This document shows, piece after piece, positions 1-10,093 of a DNA stretch of 64,000 nt. The position numbers were made by a program, and so were the translations under genes. Position 1 is the first letter of the stretch. Each line of letters opens with the position of its first letter. Location: assembly GCA_963828125.1 (NCBI GenBank), contig CAWHDP010000002.1, forward strand, positions 1,600,001 to 1,664,000. Direction: 5' to 3'. The stretch is from an uncultured Chlamydiae bacterium (GTDB taxonomy: Bacteria > Chlamydiota > Chlamydiia > Chlamydiales > SM23-39). The notes under the pieces were generated by a model. It had not been told where the DNA came from. It ran no database searches and saw nothing but the letters and a program-made list of their open reading frames with translations.

Positions 1-1478
1 ACATATTTTTTGCGGAACGGCTTTTGAAAAATGGCTACACGAAAGAGCGGGCCCATTTTTTAAGTGCGCTGATGCATGCCTCGCGCGAAGGCCACCTCTG
101 TCAGCAAGACGCCAATCCCCCCGATCTTCCCCCATCCATTGTCGAAGAGGGGAAAGATCTATTCCCCAAAGCGCCCATCGTCCGACATGGCGATCGGTAC
201 TATCTTCAACGGAATTGGGTCCTCGAGACCCACCTATTGCGTGAGATGGAGCGGCTTAAGGGGACTCCGCAGCCGCTCATTCTTCATGGATGGGAAGAGG
301 CTCCGCTCCTGCCGATGCAAAAAAAGGCGGTTGAGTCTGCTTTGCAAAATCGATTTTCCATTATTTGCGGAGGCCCGGGGACGGGAAAAACCTATACAGC
401 GGCGGTCTTAGTCCGGCTCCTCATGGCAGAGAAGCCCCAATATAAAATCATCCTCGCCGCGCCGACAGGAAAAGCGGCCTCCCATCTCCAATCTGTTTTA
501 GGGAGGCGTCTGGAAGCGACGACGCTCCATAGGCTCCTCCGGATCACACCTGGCAAAAACCGTCTCTTTACTTATCGGAAAATCGACGCCGATCTCATCA
601 TTGTGGACGAGGCGTCGATGATCGATATCCCTCTTCTTGCCCAACTGCTCGAATCGATCGGCGATGAGACAAGGCTCGTATTGATGGGCGATCCGGATCA
701 GCTCCCCCCTGTGGAGGCTGGCTCTCTGTTTGCGGAGATGGCGGAGCTCTTTGGGACAAGGCTTCAAAAATCGATGCGGATCGAGGAGTCTGCTCTCCAC
801 CGGCTGGCTGAACAAGTCAAGGAGGGGGCGCCGATCGATCTCTCGCATCACCTCAATTGGCCTTTCGACGGGTCTTTAGTCGAGAAATTATATGACGAGA
901 TCGATCCCCTCATTTCGTCGGATGAGTTAGATCCTTCCCGCTGTTTGAAAACGCTCGACCGGTTTCGGGTCTTGGGCGCTCTCAGACAAGGCCCTTTTGG
1001 CATTGATGAGCTGAACCGGCGCATCATCCATGAAATGGGGCGGCGGATACGGCCAACTCAGTGGTGGATGGTTCCCGTTATGATCACAAGCAACCAGCCG
1101 GAGCAAGATCTTTATAACGGAATGTGCGGAGTGCTGATTGGCAAAAGCCGCGGCGGCCTCAATCTTCGGGAAGGGACCGCCTTTTTTCCCGATTCTCTGA
1201 AAGTCCCCTTTAACAAGCTCCCCCCATTCGAGACCGCCTTTTGTCTCTCCATTCACAAAAGTCAGGGAAGCGAATTTGAAAGGGTGCTTGCCCTTTTCCC
1301 CCAAGGGAGCGAGCATTTTGGGCGAGAAGCGTTTTATACGGCCGTCACGCGGGCGAAGAAAGAGGTGCGCGTCGTTGCGGATGAATCTCTTTTGAAGGCG
1401 ATCCTTTTAAAGCGGTCAATGAAACAATCTGGCTTCATTTTCCGTTGGCACGAAATGGGTGGCCGCAATATAATGTAG
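1..1478 (+). CDS. recD: Exodeoxyribonuclease V alpha subunit (RecD), 5' end outside window
   Basis: SF1 helicase motifs GGPGTGKT, VDEASM, GDPDQLPPV, SIHKSQGSEF, YTAVTRAK; frame is open back to the window edge. Confidence 0.9.
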   Translation, partial: IFFAERLLKNGYTKERAHFLSALMHASREGHLCQQDANPPDLPPSIVEEGKDLFPKAPIVRHGDRYYLQRNWVLETHLLREMERLKGTPQPLILHGWEEAPLLPMQKKAVESALQNRFSIICGGPGTGKTYTAAVLVRLLMAEKPQYKIILAAPTGKAASHLQSVLGRRLEATTLHRLLRITPGKNRLFTYRKIDADLIIVDEASMIDIPLLAQLLESIGDETRLVLMGDPDQLPPVEAGSLFAEMAELFGTRLQKSMRIEESALHRLAEQVKEGAPIDLSHHLNWPFDGSLVEKLYDEIDPLISSDELDPSRCLKTLDRFRVLGALRQGPFGIDELNRRIIHEMGRRIRPTQWWMVPVMITSNQPEQDLYNGMCGVLIGKSRGGLNLREGTAFFPDSLKVPFNKLPPFETAFCLSIHKSQGSEFERVLALFPQGSEHFGREAFYTAVTRAKKEVRVVADESLLKAILLKRSMKQSGFIFRWHEMGGRNIM

Positions 1479-1492
1479 TAAAGATTTTTTTT

Positions 1493-1795
1493 ATGGAATT
1501 GAGATCTTTTTTAAAACAATGGACTCCCCGCCTGATCGCGGTCGCGATCGGGGGCTATTATGGGCTTGGGGTGGCCTATGACTTAGGGCTTATGGCCCTG
1601 ATCGACAAGGTGGCCATTTGTGTGATTAAACACTATTTTGGCTACGGAGGGATCGGCGCTCTCATGCCGACTGTGCAGTGGTACAGCGCTTGGGCCGCCC
1701 GCTTTGCCATTGGGCTGACTGCTGGAGTTCTCTATGATCTGATAGAGAGATGCGTGGGTCCAAATCCAAGTTATTGGCCGACGGCGGTACAATAA
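1493..1795 (+). CDS. Small hypothetical membrane protein
   Basis: ATG at 1493 just after the recD stop; hydrophobic Gly-rich segments. Confidence 0.6.
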   Translation: MELRSFLKQWTPRLIAVAIGGYYGLGVAYDLGLMALIDKVAICVIKHYFGYGGIGALMPTVQWYSAWAARFAIGLTAGVLYDLIERCVGPNPSYWPTAVQ

Positions 1796-1822
1796 CCCTC
1801 ACATTGCTTATTGAGGGTTATT
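1791..1822. terminator. Probable bidirectional intrinsic terminator
   Basis: 11-bp inverted repeat AATAACCCTCA / TGAGGGTTATT between convergent genes. Confidence 0.6.
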
Positions 1823-1829
1823 AATAAAA

Positions 1830-2123
1830 TTATTTTGCGCAGCGGGCAGAGAGGCGGGATTTTGTGCGGGCGGCTTTTTGGGGTTTGAAGACGCCGTGTT
1901 TGACCCCTTTATCCATCATGCTGTAGATGGCGTTCAATTTTGTTTTGACGGCTTCTGGGGCTTCTTTTTCTGCGAGAGAGCTCTCCAGGGAGCGGATAGA
2001 GGTGAGGACGGATGCGCGGTAGGAGCGGTTGCTCAGCCGTCTTTTTTCACTCTGTAAATCTCTTTTTAGGGCGGAAGGTTTTTTGACTTTTACTTCCGGT
2101 TTTTTCTCTTTGTCATCTGCCAT
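1830..2123 (-). CDS. rpsT: 30S ribosomal protein S20
   Basis: SALKRDLQSEKRRLSNRSYRAS ... KAARTKSRL, typical of S20. Confidence 0.95.
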   Translation of the reverse strand: MADDKEKKPEVKVKKPSALKRDLQSEKRRLSNRSYRASVLTSIRSLESSLAEKEAPEAVKTKLNAIYSMMDKGVKHGVFKPQKAARTKSRLSARCAK

Positions 2124-2193
2124 GGTTCCTCGGTTTGCGAATATTCAATGTGATCACTATAATCCTTCTCGTAAAATTCGTAAAGGTGGAAAA

Positions 2194-2634
2194 GTGCCCT
2201 ATCGTAGAATCCAGCTCTTTTTTTTTCTAGGCGCCTCTCTGATCGCTCTCTATTTCTCGATCCGGTTTACCTCCGCCGCCATTTCCTACTTCGCTCTCCA
2301 AGCCCAATCCAGCCCCCATATCGATCAATGGGAAATCGTAGAAATCAACGGCCTTTATGCCCTCAAGGCCCATTATACCTTCGGGGCCCAAGAAAAAAAT
2401 TGGCATGGGACCTTTACTCTCAATCCCCCCTATTACCTCAATGAACCAGCGGCCTTTTCTGCCCTCAAGCAAAAGGCTAAAGAGAGTTGGACGGTCTGGT
2501 ATCGATCCGCAAACCCATCAATTTCTGCGCTCCAAAAAAAATTCCCCGCAGGACTCCTGATCCGCGCGTTGATCTGTTGCGGAGTTGCCGTCTATTTCTG
2601 TTTTTTGAAAAGAAAAATTTCAATAGAAACTTAA
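2194..2634 (+). CDS. Hypothetical membrane protein with N- and C-terminal TM helices
   Basis: Probable GTG start at 2194 (the longer ORF overlaps rpsT); two hydrophobic segments flank a soluble domain. Confidence 0.6.
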   Translation: MPYRRIQLFFFLGASLIALYFSIRFTSAAISYFALQAQSSPHIDQWEIVEINGLYALKAHYTFGAQEKNWHGTFTLNPPYYLNEPAAFSALKQKAKESWTVWYRSANPSISALQKKFPAGLLIRALICCGVAVYFCFLKRKISIET

Positions 2635-2678
2635 TATCCATTTGTTTTATAATTGTTTGAAACAATAATAAGAACAGC

Positions 2679-3032
2679 ATGTATTACATCGACTCAACAG
2701 AATTTTTTGAAAGCTCTATTGGCCCTCAGTCTGACAATACCGTTCGGGCGCGCCTGAACTGTTTAAAGGATTTTTTGAAACGTGCGGCTATTTTCCCCTT
2801 TGCGCTCTTTGGCAAGGCGTGGAAAACTTCTTTTAGGATTCTCGCCTTCTTCTTTAGTTCTCTACTCGTACTGATCACTTTAGGGGGGTCGGGAAACGCG
2901 CGAGAACTCTTTATGGATCGGATCGCGATTCTTGCTCAAGATCTTGCTGATTGGATCTTGTTGCCGATGGCCGTGGTTCTCTCTTTTTTTAAGCTGCTCC
3001 TCGCGCTCCTTATCCACCCCAATTTTTACTAA
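2679..3032 (+). CDS. Hypothetical membrane protein
   Basis: 117-aa ATG ORF with two hydrophobic stretches. Confidence 0.6.
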   Translation: MYYIDSTEFFESSIGPQSDNTVRARLNCLKDFLKRAAIFPFALFGKAWKTSFRILAFFFSSLLVLITLGGSGNARELFMDRIAILAQDLADWILLPMAVVLSFFKLLLALLIHPNFY

Positions 3033-3831
3033 AATTTTCGAGGAAAAAGAGGTATCTCCTCCTCACATATTGCCAGAGTTTATTCTCTTTGCGGACAGGT
3101 TGAGTCAATTGGAGCTCTAGAGCGCGCCATTGGAGCATGGCTAGGGGATAATTTTGGAGCGCCCGATGGAGCCGATCGCCATAAAAATAGCGTTTCCCTG
3201 CAAGCTGCACCACCTGCTTTGGAAAACGCTCCTCGTTAAAACCCTTGTTCAGTCCCCTTCCCACTTTTCTGAGGTCGATCGGCATCCTTTTCCCCCGCCG
3301 GATTCTTGCCCCTCTTGAGAAAATTTCGAATTGGTCATAAATCGCTCCCCGCCCGACCGACACAAAATAGGTCGAGTAGCGCCTTAAAAACTCCTCCGCG
3401 GGACGAAGCGTTCTCTTGTTATAGCGCTTGTCGTCGAGAAGCCAAACCGCCTCGTAGCCGATCGATCGGTAGTCCCGAATCCTCATTTCCCCCTCTTTAT
3501 CGGTCAGTTGCGAACACTGCACTTCAAAAACAATCTTCTCCTTTTCCCAACAGGCGTCGGCGACCCTGTCGATCGCCAAAAAAGGTTTTTCCAATTGAAT
3601 TTCTCCCTGGGGGAACAGTTTTTGGAGTTCAAGCTGAGCCAGCAGGTGATCCTCAGATTTACTATACAGCCGGCAGCTCGGCGTTGCTTTCAAATGGTAA
3701 AAGTGGGGGAACCTCCACCTACCGGCGCGTCTTTTTAGCGGACCGAAACAATCGGGGCAATGGTACGCTTTGCCAGCCGTGGCTTCTCCTGCGTGAATGA
3801 GATCATCGTCATCTAGGGCGTAGAGCGGCAT
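3010..3831 (-). CDS. CoiA-like competence protein / PD-(D/E)xK nuclease family
   Basis: N-terminal CPDC...PHFYH zinc motif, SEDHLLAQ, RVADACW...FEVQCS, GYEAVWLL. Confidence 0.75.
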   Translation of the reverse strand: MPLYALDDDDLIHAGEATAGKAYHCPDCFGPLKRRAGRWRFPHFYHLKATPSCRLYSKSEDHLLAQLELQKLFPQGEIQLEKPFLAIDRVADACWEKEKIVFEVQCSQLTDKEGEMRIRDYRSIGYEAVWLLDDKRYNKRTLRPAEEFLRRYSTYFVSVGRGAIYDQFEIFSRGARIRRGKRMPIDLRKVGRGLNKGFNEERFPKQVVQLAGKRYFYGDRLHRALQNYPLAMLQWRALELQLTQPVRKENKLWQYVRRRYLFFLENFSKNWGG

Positions 3832-3868
3832 AAAATATGTTGCAAATAATCAGATTGGTTATATGATA

Positions 3869-3897
3869 TTGACAGAAAGAGAGGTCCCCATCCACAA
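3869..3897 (+). promoter_or_regulatory. Sigma70/sigma66-type promoter of rpoD
   Basis: TTGACA (3869-3874), 17-bp spacer, CACAAT (3892-3897), upstream of the ATG at 3950. Confidence 0.6.
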
Positions 3898-3949
3898 TAT
3901 TTTCGTTTCCATTGATGAAAATTCTCTTTTTTTTCAATTTTAGGAGAGC

Positions 3950-5608
3950 ATGACCGGTACGACTTCTTTTAGCAATCCCCAGCATCAGCAAAAAATCGAA
4001 GAGTTAGTTGCTATTGCCAAAGAGCAGGGATATCTCACGTATGAGGAGATCAATGAAATTCTCCCGATGACTTTCGATTCTCCTGAACAGATCGATCAGG
4101 TGTTGATCTATCTGAGCGGGATGGACATTCAGGTGCTCAATCAGGCGGAGGTCGAAAGGCAGAAAGAGCGGAAAAAAGAGGCGAAAGAGCTCGAAGGGCT
4201 TCCCAAGCGGGCGGAGGGGACGTCGGACGATCCGGTGCGGATGTATTTCAAAGAGATGGGGTCGGTTCCTCTTTTGACGCGAGAAGAAGAGGTGGAGATC
4301 TCCAAGCGGATCGAGAAGGCCCAAATTCAGATCGAAAAGATCATCATGCGTTTCCGCTACTCGATTCGGGAGGCGATTTCGATTGCGGTGTATCTGATCA
4401 CTGCGAAAGAGCGCTTTGATAAGATCATCGCTGAAAAAGAGGTGGCGGACAAGGCTCACTTCCTCAATTTACTTCCGAAACTGTGCGATTTGATGAAGAT
4501 TGAGGATCGTCTTCTCGAGCAGCTTCTGATTCAAGGGGCCGATCCGAATCTGAAGAAAGAAGAGCGGGCCCGGCTGATGGAGGATATTGAAAAGTGCCGC
4601 ATCCGTGCGCAGGCTTATTTGCGCAGATTTTGCTGCCGCCACAATATTATCGAGGATTTTGGCGAGGTGGTTCTTTCTGCTCATGATCGGTTCTTGCAGT
4701 TGGAGAAAGAGATTTTGGAGCTCACTCCGCGCGCGGAGAAGAACAAATTCGCGGCTGGCAAGCTGGCGGCGGCTAAACGGAAGCTGTACAAGAGGGAGCT
4801 GGCGGCTGGCCGCAACCTTGAAGAGTTTAAGAAAGATGTCCGGATGCTTCAACGCTGGATGGACAAGAGTCAGGAGGCCAAGCGGGAGATGGTCGAGTCG
4901 AATCTCCGTCTGGTCATTTCGATCGCCAAAAAATATACGAATAGGGGGCTCTCGTTCCTGGATCTGATCCAGGAGGGGAACATGGGACTCATGAAGGCGG
5001 TTGAGAAATTCGAATACCGGCGCGGCTATAAGTTCTCCACCTACGCTACATGGTGGATTCGGCAGGCGGTCACTCGCGCGATTGCTGATCAAGCCCGAAC
5101 GATCCGGATCCCTGTCCATATGATTGAGACGATCAACAAGGTGCTTCGCGGCGCCAAAAAACTGATGATGGAGACGGGGCGGGAGCCGACCCCTGAAGAG
5201 CTCGCTAATGAGCTCGGCTTGACGCCCGAGCGGGTTCGCGAGATCTATAAGATTGCCCAGCACCCGATTTCGCTTCAGGCGGAAGTGGGCGACGGCGGCG
5301 AGAGCCAATTTGGCGATTTTCTCGAAGATACCGGCATCGAATCTCCAGCGGAAGCGACCGGCTATGCGATTTTGAAGGACAAGATGGGCGAGGTTCTGGC
5401 GACCCTCACTGACCGCGAGAGGACAGTTCTCATCGAACGGTTTGGGCTTCTCGACGGGAAGCCCAAAACCCTCGAAGAGGTGGGCGTCCGATTCAAGGTG
5501 ACCCGCGAGCGGGTCCGCCAAATCGAGGCCAAAGCGCTCCGCAAGATGCGCCATCCGACCCGCGCAAAGCAGCTGCAGGCGTTCCTTGATCTGCTTGAGG
5601 GGGAATAG
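3950..5608 (+). CDS. rpoD: RNA polymerase primary sigma factor (sigma66)
   Basis: [56 protein letters not shown]; chlamydia-type non-conserved region. Confidence 0.97.
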   Translation: MTGTTSFSNPQHQQKIEELVAIAKEQGYLTYEEINEILPMTFDSPEQIDQVLIYLSGMDIQVLNQAEVERQKERKKEAKELEGLPKRAEGTSDDPVRMYFKEMGSVPLLTREEEVEISKRIEKAQIQIEKIIMRFRYSIREAISIAVYLITAKERFDKIIAEKEVADKAHFLNLLPKLCDLMKIEDRLLEQLLIQGADPNLKKEERARLMEDIEKCRIRAQAYLRRFCCRHNIIEDFGEVVLSAHDRFLQLEKEILELTPRAEKNKFAAGKLAAAKRKLYKRELAAGRNLEEFKKDVRMLQRWMDKSQEAKREMVESNLRLVISIAKKYTNRGLSFLDLIQEGNMGLMKAVEKFEYRRGYKFSTYATWWIRQAVTRAIADQARTIRIPVHMIETINKVLRGAKKLMMETGREPTPEELANELGLTPERVREIYKIAQHPISLQAEVGDGGESQFGDFLEDTGIESPAEATGYAILKDKMGEVLATLTDRERTVLIERFGLLDGKPKTLEEVGVRFKVTRERVRQIEAKALRKMRHPTRAKQLQAFLDLLEGE

Positions 5609-5628
5609 GCGGAAGCAGGAAGGGGGTT

Positions 5629-5775
5629 ATGAGACAAAGCCCCGTACCGTTGAATCAAACTCAAATTGAAAGTTTTTGTCGGCGGTGCCACGTTGTCTAT
5701 CTGGCCCCTTTTGATGATAGGCGATACTGGGCATTTGAGCACTTAAAATTTGCTTTTATTGAATTGGTTTGTTAA
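5629..5775 (+). pseudogene. Possible truncated remnant of a minimal nucleotidyltransferase (MNT) antitoxin
   Basis: Unlisted 48-aa ORF with strong RBS; MRQSPVPLNQTQIESFCRRCHVVYLAPF resembles the MNT N-terminus (I..FCRR..I..LALFGS) and then diverges. Confidence 0.35.
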
Positions 5776-5810
5776 GATCATTGTCTGAAAGTAATTTTAG
5801 GTGATTTTTT

Positions 5811-6842
5811 ATGATTAATCTTTTAAACTCTCCTCACATATTTAAAAATACGGCCGCAAGTACCCCTCCTTTAGACGACAAGGATTCAGCTCCTTCACTG
5901 CCCCCAATTTCGGAAACAGGTGAGCTTCCTCGTGTTCCTGGCTCACAATTAGGATCGCGGCCTAGCAGCGACTCTAGCCGCGACACTAGCAGCGAATATA
6001 GGGTTCTGCCAGATCCGGCTGGTTTCGGGCCTAATACTAGTAGTCAACTGCTTCGAGCAACAGGTCAAAAACGTATGAGAGCCGCTCCTTCGGCTCCCAG
6101 CCGCAGAGCAAAAAAATCCCAGTCTGACGCATCCATGTTTGTAACCAATGCGCTTATAGTGTCAGCGGCAATGAAGAAAGCGGCAATGAAGAAGTCGTCT
6201 TCTAGTTCAGTCCTTTCCCAGTTACAAAATGGAATTACAATCAAATCTGTTGAGAAATTGACAACACATGGGGATCATTCAGATGTTTATAAATGCGATG
6301 TTCTAGAATATGGGGACCGCGTAATAAAAATTTTTAAATCTGAAAAACTCTGCGACAGTAAGGAGATTGAACATTCCACTGCGTACCAATTTATGCGCTA
6401 TTGCCAAAATTGCGAGATTCCTGAGCTGAAAAAACATATCGCAACTCATTTTAATTTTGAGCGTCATCGGGAAGCGGCCAAAGGCTTTAAGGAGTTTGAA
6501 GAGTTCCGTCAGTATGCGGAAGAAAATTTAACAGACGGGTTTATACTAGCGCAATGGATTCCCACGGCGCTTCCTGTTGCTATTGACAAAGAGAATCCTC
6601 TCTGGATACAGCTCAAAGAATTCATGAAAAAATCTTACGAGGCTGGCATTATAAACGATATGAGCCGAGAGAATTTTAGGGTCGATGACCACAACCAAAT
6701 CCAATTGGTGGATATGTACGAACATGAGGACGAATCTTTGAGCGTACTCATGCCCCGACTTTTGGCGACTTTCACTACTGATCCCCAAGAGCAAGCATGG
6801 CTTGACCCAATACCTGTCTCCCCCCCAACGTTTGGAGCGTAG
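5811..6842 (+). CDS. Protein-kinase-like protein with low-complexity Ser/Pro-rich N-terminus (candidate effector)
   Basis: HGDHSDVYK (Gly-loop-like), VIKIF, NDMSRENF (catalytic-loop-like DxxxxN), LVDM; AT-rich compared with neighbours. Confidence 0.55.
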   Translation: MINLLNSPHIFKNTAASTPPLDDKDSAPSLPPISETGELPRVPGSQLGSRPSSDSSRDTSSEYRVLPDPAGFGPNTSSQLLRATGQKRMRAAPSAPSRRAKKSQSDASMFVTNALIVSAAMKKAAMKKSSSSSVLSQLQNGITIKSVEKLTTHGDHSDVYKCDVLEYGDRVIKIFKSEKLCDSKEIEHSTAYQFMRYCQNCEIPELKKHIATHFNFERHREAAKGFKEFEEFRQYAEENLTDGFILAQWIPTALPVAIDKENPLWIQLKEFMKKSYEAGIINDMSRENFRVDDHNQIQLVDMYEHEDESLSVLMPRLLATFTTDPQEQAWLDPIPVSPPTFGA

Positions 6843-6905
6843 CGGGATCGAACCGCTGACCTCAACAATGCCATTGTTGCGCTCTACCAACTGAGCTAAC
6901 GCCCC
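6833..6905 (-). tRNA. tRNA-Ala (GGC)
   Basis: GGGGCGTTAGCTCAGTTGGTAGAGCGCAACAATGGCATTGTTGAGGTCAGCGGTTCGATCCCGCTACGCTCCA; cloverleaf, G3:U70 pair, GGC anticodon; CCA not encoded. Confidence 0.97.
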
Positions 6906-6976
6906 TGAAGGGGCAAATTTTAGGATGTTTCCCTATTTATCTGCAAGTAGTAGAATGATCCAAAAGGGGTGGTGAA

Positions 6977-8177
6977 ATGTTTTTTGATGAGGTCAGCGAA
7001 GCGCAGCCAGATCCGATTTTCGGTCTTCTGGGGGCGTTTACCGCCGATGTGCGCAAAGAAAAAGTCAATTTAATGGTCGGTATTTACAGAGATGACCGGC
7101 TCCGCGCTGAGCTGCTGAGCTCTGCGAAAAAGGCCAAAGGCGATATCCTCGATCAGGACGTGATGGCCGATTACTTGCCGATAGACGGGCTATCTGAGTT
7201 GGCCCCCCTTTTGGGCCCTGTGGTTTTCGGCGAAGAGGCGTGGAAAGAGTCCCATAGCCGGATTTATGGGGCGCACACAACGGGGGGGACGGGGGCTCTT
7301 CGGGTGGGGGCCGAGTTCTTGGCTCAGGAGGTTTCAAAGGTCTTTTGCGTGCCGAACCACACGTGGCCGAATCACCGCTCTATCTTAGAGCGGGTCGGTT
7401 GTACGATCGAAAATTACCCCTACTACAGCCGCGAAAAAAAGGGGTTCGACTTAGAGGCGACGATCGCCTTCCTGTCCAAAATGCCAGAAAGGACGATCGT
7501 CATTCTCCATGCGTGCTGCCATAATCCGACTGGCTGTGATCCGACGGAGGAGGAGTGGCGGCAGCTCTCGCGGCTGATGCGGGGAAAAAAAATTGCTCCC
7601 CTTTTTTGACTCCGCTTATCAAGGGCTTGGCGATGGGTTGGAAAAGGATAGAGCGTCGATTCAGATCTTCCTAGAGGAGGGGCATGAGATGGCCATTGCC
7701 TATTCGTGTTCGAAAAATTTCAGTATGTATTGTCAACGGGTGGGGGTGCTCTACATTGTCGATCACAATGCGGCGGTAAAAATGCGTGTAGCTAGCCAGG
7801 TGAAGCGGATCATTCGGGCTCTTTATTCGAATCCGCCAGCGCATGGGGCGAGGATTGTGGCTGATATTTTAAAGCGGGATGAGCTCAGACAGATGTGGCA
7901 AAAAGATCTTGAGGGGGTGCGGCGGCGGCTCTATCTGATTCGGGAGTCTCTCATTCAACGGTTGAATAATCGGTCTCAAAGGATCGATTTCAATTACCTC
8001 CGAGGGCACAAGGGGATGTTTTCATTCATCGATTTGAATAAGCACCAGGTTCAGAAGATGATCGAGAAATTCGCTGTCTACATGACCGACAACGGGCGAA
8101 TCAGCCTCGTGGGGTTAACGACCAAAAATATCGATTATGTGGTCAACAGTTTAGTGTCTGTATGCGAAAAGGTCTGA
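6977..8177 (+). CDS. aspC: Aspartate/aromatic aminotransferase, split by one extra base in an A8 run (7585-7592)
   Basis: TTGGTGALR, HACCHNPTG, FDSAYQG, SCSKNFSMYCQRVG; the two ORFs join in frame if one A is removed. Confidence 0.85.
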
Positions 8178-9115
8178 CGATCCCTTTTTTGGCGCTGATC
8201 GCGTTCCTTTTTTGTTGGATCAACTTGCCTCTTTCTATTTCCGATCGGATCCGCTCTTTGGCTGCGGCCCCTTTCGCTCTCAAATCGGCTGAAGGTCAAG
8301 GCGAGGAGCTCTCTTCTTTGCGGCTGGAAAATCGGCATCTGAAACTGCAGCTCGACCATTGGACCTTAGCGCTCCGAGGAATGGCCTATCTCCCTGAATT
8401 CTCTGCTGTGCCAGCTCAAGTGACCTACCGCGATCCGAGTTTATGGAGTAGCAGTCTCTGGGTAAATGTGGGTGAGGAGAGCCATCGGGTCTCTGGTAAA
8501 AAAATCATCGGGAAAAATAGTCCGGTGCTTGCCGATGGGGCGCTTGTCGGCGTGGTCGAATATGTCGGGGAGAGGCAATCGAGGATTCGGCTGATCACCG
8601 ATTCAGGTCTCTCCCCATCGGTACGGGTGAATCGGGGCGGGTTACAAAATAGGGAACTGGCGTCAAGGATTGACGCCCTCCTAAAACTTATTGAAAAAAG
8701 GGGGGAGCTTTTTGATACGCCCCAGGAAAAGGATCGCTTTCTTGAACAGCTGGACTTTTTGAAAAAAAGGGCTGGGGCCGATTGGGAAGAGGGTTATTTG
8801 GCTAAAGGAGAGGTTCATGGGAGCAGCGCCCCTTTTTGGCGCTCTCGAAGCCCGCTTCTCCGCGGCGTCGGTTTCCATTTCGATGATCCGAACGAAGATT
8901 GGAAAGGTCGATCTGCGCCGATTTTAAAAGAGGGGGATCTTTTGGTCACCTCGGGGCTCGATGGAGTGTTCCCTCAGGGTATTCAGGTGGGAATCGTGTC
9001 TAAAGTCAAGCCAGAGAAGGAGGGGGCCTACGCGTACGAAATCGAGGTGCGTCCTTCGGCAAACAATCTCAATGATTTGCAAACGGTCATCATTCTACCC
9101 CCGATCAGTGAATAA
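8162..9115 (+). CDS. mreC: Rod shape-determining protein MreC
   Basis: N-terminal TM helix and coiled coil (LRLENRHLK), GALVGVVEYVG..SRIRLITD, GDLLVTSGLDGVFPQGIQVG. Confidence 0.85.
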   Translation: MRKGLTIPFLALIAFLFCWINLPLSISDRIRSLAAAPFALKSAEGQGEELSSLRLENRHLKLQLDHWTLALRGMAYLPEFSAVPAQVTYRDPSLWSSSLWVNVGEESHRVSGKKIIGKNSPVLADGALVGVVEYVGERQSRIRLITDSGLSPSVRVNRGGLQNRELASRIDALLKLIEKRGELFDTPQEKDRFLEQLDFLKKRAGADWEEGYLAKGEVHGSSAPFWRSRSPLLRGVGFHFDDPNEDWKGRSAPILKEGDLLVTSGLDGVFPQGIQVGIVSKVKPEKEGAYAYEIEVRPSANNLNDLQTVIILPPISE

Positions 9116-10093
9116 TTTCTCCATTATATCGTCCGGCGCTTCGCTAAAGGCTGAACGGTAAAGGGCGCGCTGCTCTTTTTGGCGGGAATGGGGTTTGTCA
9201 AGCTGGCTATAGATGTTTTTGGCCAGATCGATCAGAGAACCGCAGCTGTGGAGCCTGCCAGGGGTATCGGTCGGGAAAAAATAGAGCGGCCGCTCAAAGC
9301 TCAAAAAATCGTAGCCGACGGAGGAGAAGTCGCCTATGTAGGCGTCGGCTAGCGCAAGTATAGGATAGACGGGGGGGAACTCTTCGAGGAAAAATACATT
9401 CGGTTTGCCTTCTGCGATGAGCGAATATTCGGCTGGATTTCTCTCTTTTAAAAGGGGGTGGGGTTTCAAAATGAGATTCCACTCTTCCGGCAGCTCGGAG
9501 ATCATTCTCGCCCCTTGTTTAAAAAATGAGCTAGCTCCGTCGGCGTCCTTCCAGGTGGGGGCGTAGAGAACGGTCCGCTTCGACCGGTCGAGTCGAAGCT
9601 CTTCAGCGGCCAGTGAATCGTAAAACAAACGGTGTTTGAGGTAAAAGGCGCGCCGGTAATTGCCGATGATGGCGTGGCTCGGGACGGAAATGCCGAGTTC
9701 GCGGAGCATTTCGAGCATCAGGGAGCCATAGATTAAAACCGTGTCTTGGAATGCATAGGGGGCCAAAAGGGGCGTCCGGTATCCTTTATCCGATTGACCG
9801 TGCGGACAGAAGACAAGGCGCATTTCTTTGTTAAAAAGATCGCGGAACAGGGCCTTGAGATGGGGCTGCCAGTATTTGCACTCGAATAAGACGTCGAAGC
9901 TCTTCCCGATCTCTCCGAGTCGAAATTCGAGGTCGGGAATGAGCTGTGTCTCAATTTGTGGGTAGTAGCGCTTTGCTAAAGTGTAGTTGAGCTCTTCTGT
10001 GACGAAGAGCGGCATGCCGAGACGCTCTGCGAGAGGGGCGATGTGGTCTAACAGATGGAAGTCAGTCCCTGTGTTGAATGCAGCAGAGCGCAT
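9095..10093 (-). CDS. CDP-glycerol glycerophosphotransferase (TagB/TagF-like) family protein
   Basis: PHGQSDKG, VLYAPTW, LKPHP, ADAYIGDFSSVGYDFL..RP. Confidence 0.8.
   Translation of the reverse strand: MRSAAFNTGTDFHLLDHIAPLAERLGMPLFVTEELNYTLAKRYYPQIETQLIPDLEFRLGEIGKSFDVLFECKYWQPHLKALFRDLFNKEMRLVFCPHGQSDKGYRTPLLAPYAFQDTVLIYGSLMLEMLRELGISVPSHAIIGNYRRAFYLKHRLFYDSLAAEELRLDRSKRTVLYAPTWKDADGASSFFKQGARMISELPEEWNLILKPHPLLKERNPAEYSLIAEGKPNVFFLEEFPPVYPILALADAYIGDFSSVGYDFLSFERPLYFFPTDTPGRLHSCGSLIDLAKNIYSQLDKPHSRQKEQRALYRSAFSEAPDDIMEKLFTDRG

Noticed and set aside
4469..5554. 361-aa antisense ORF (similarly 11678-12655, 14275-14925 and others opposite core genes)
   Set aside because: Shadow ORFs on the opposite strand of well-supported genes, with no recognisable motifs
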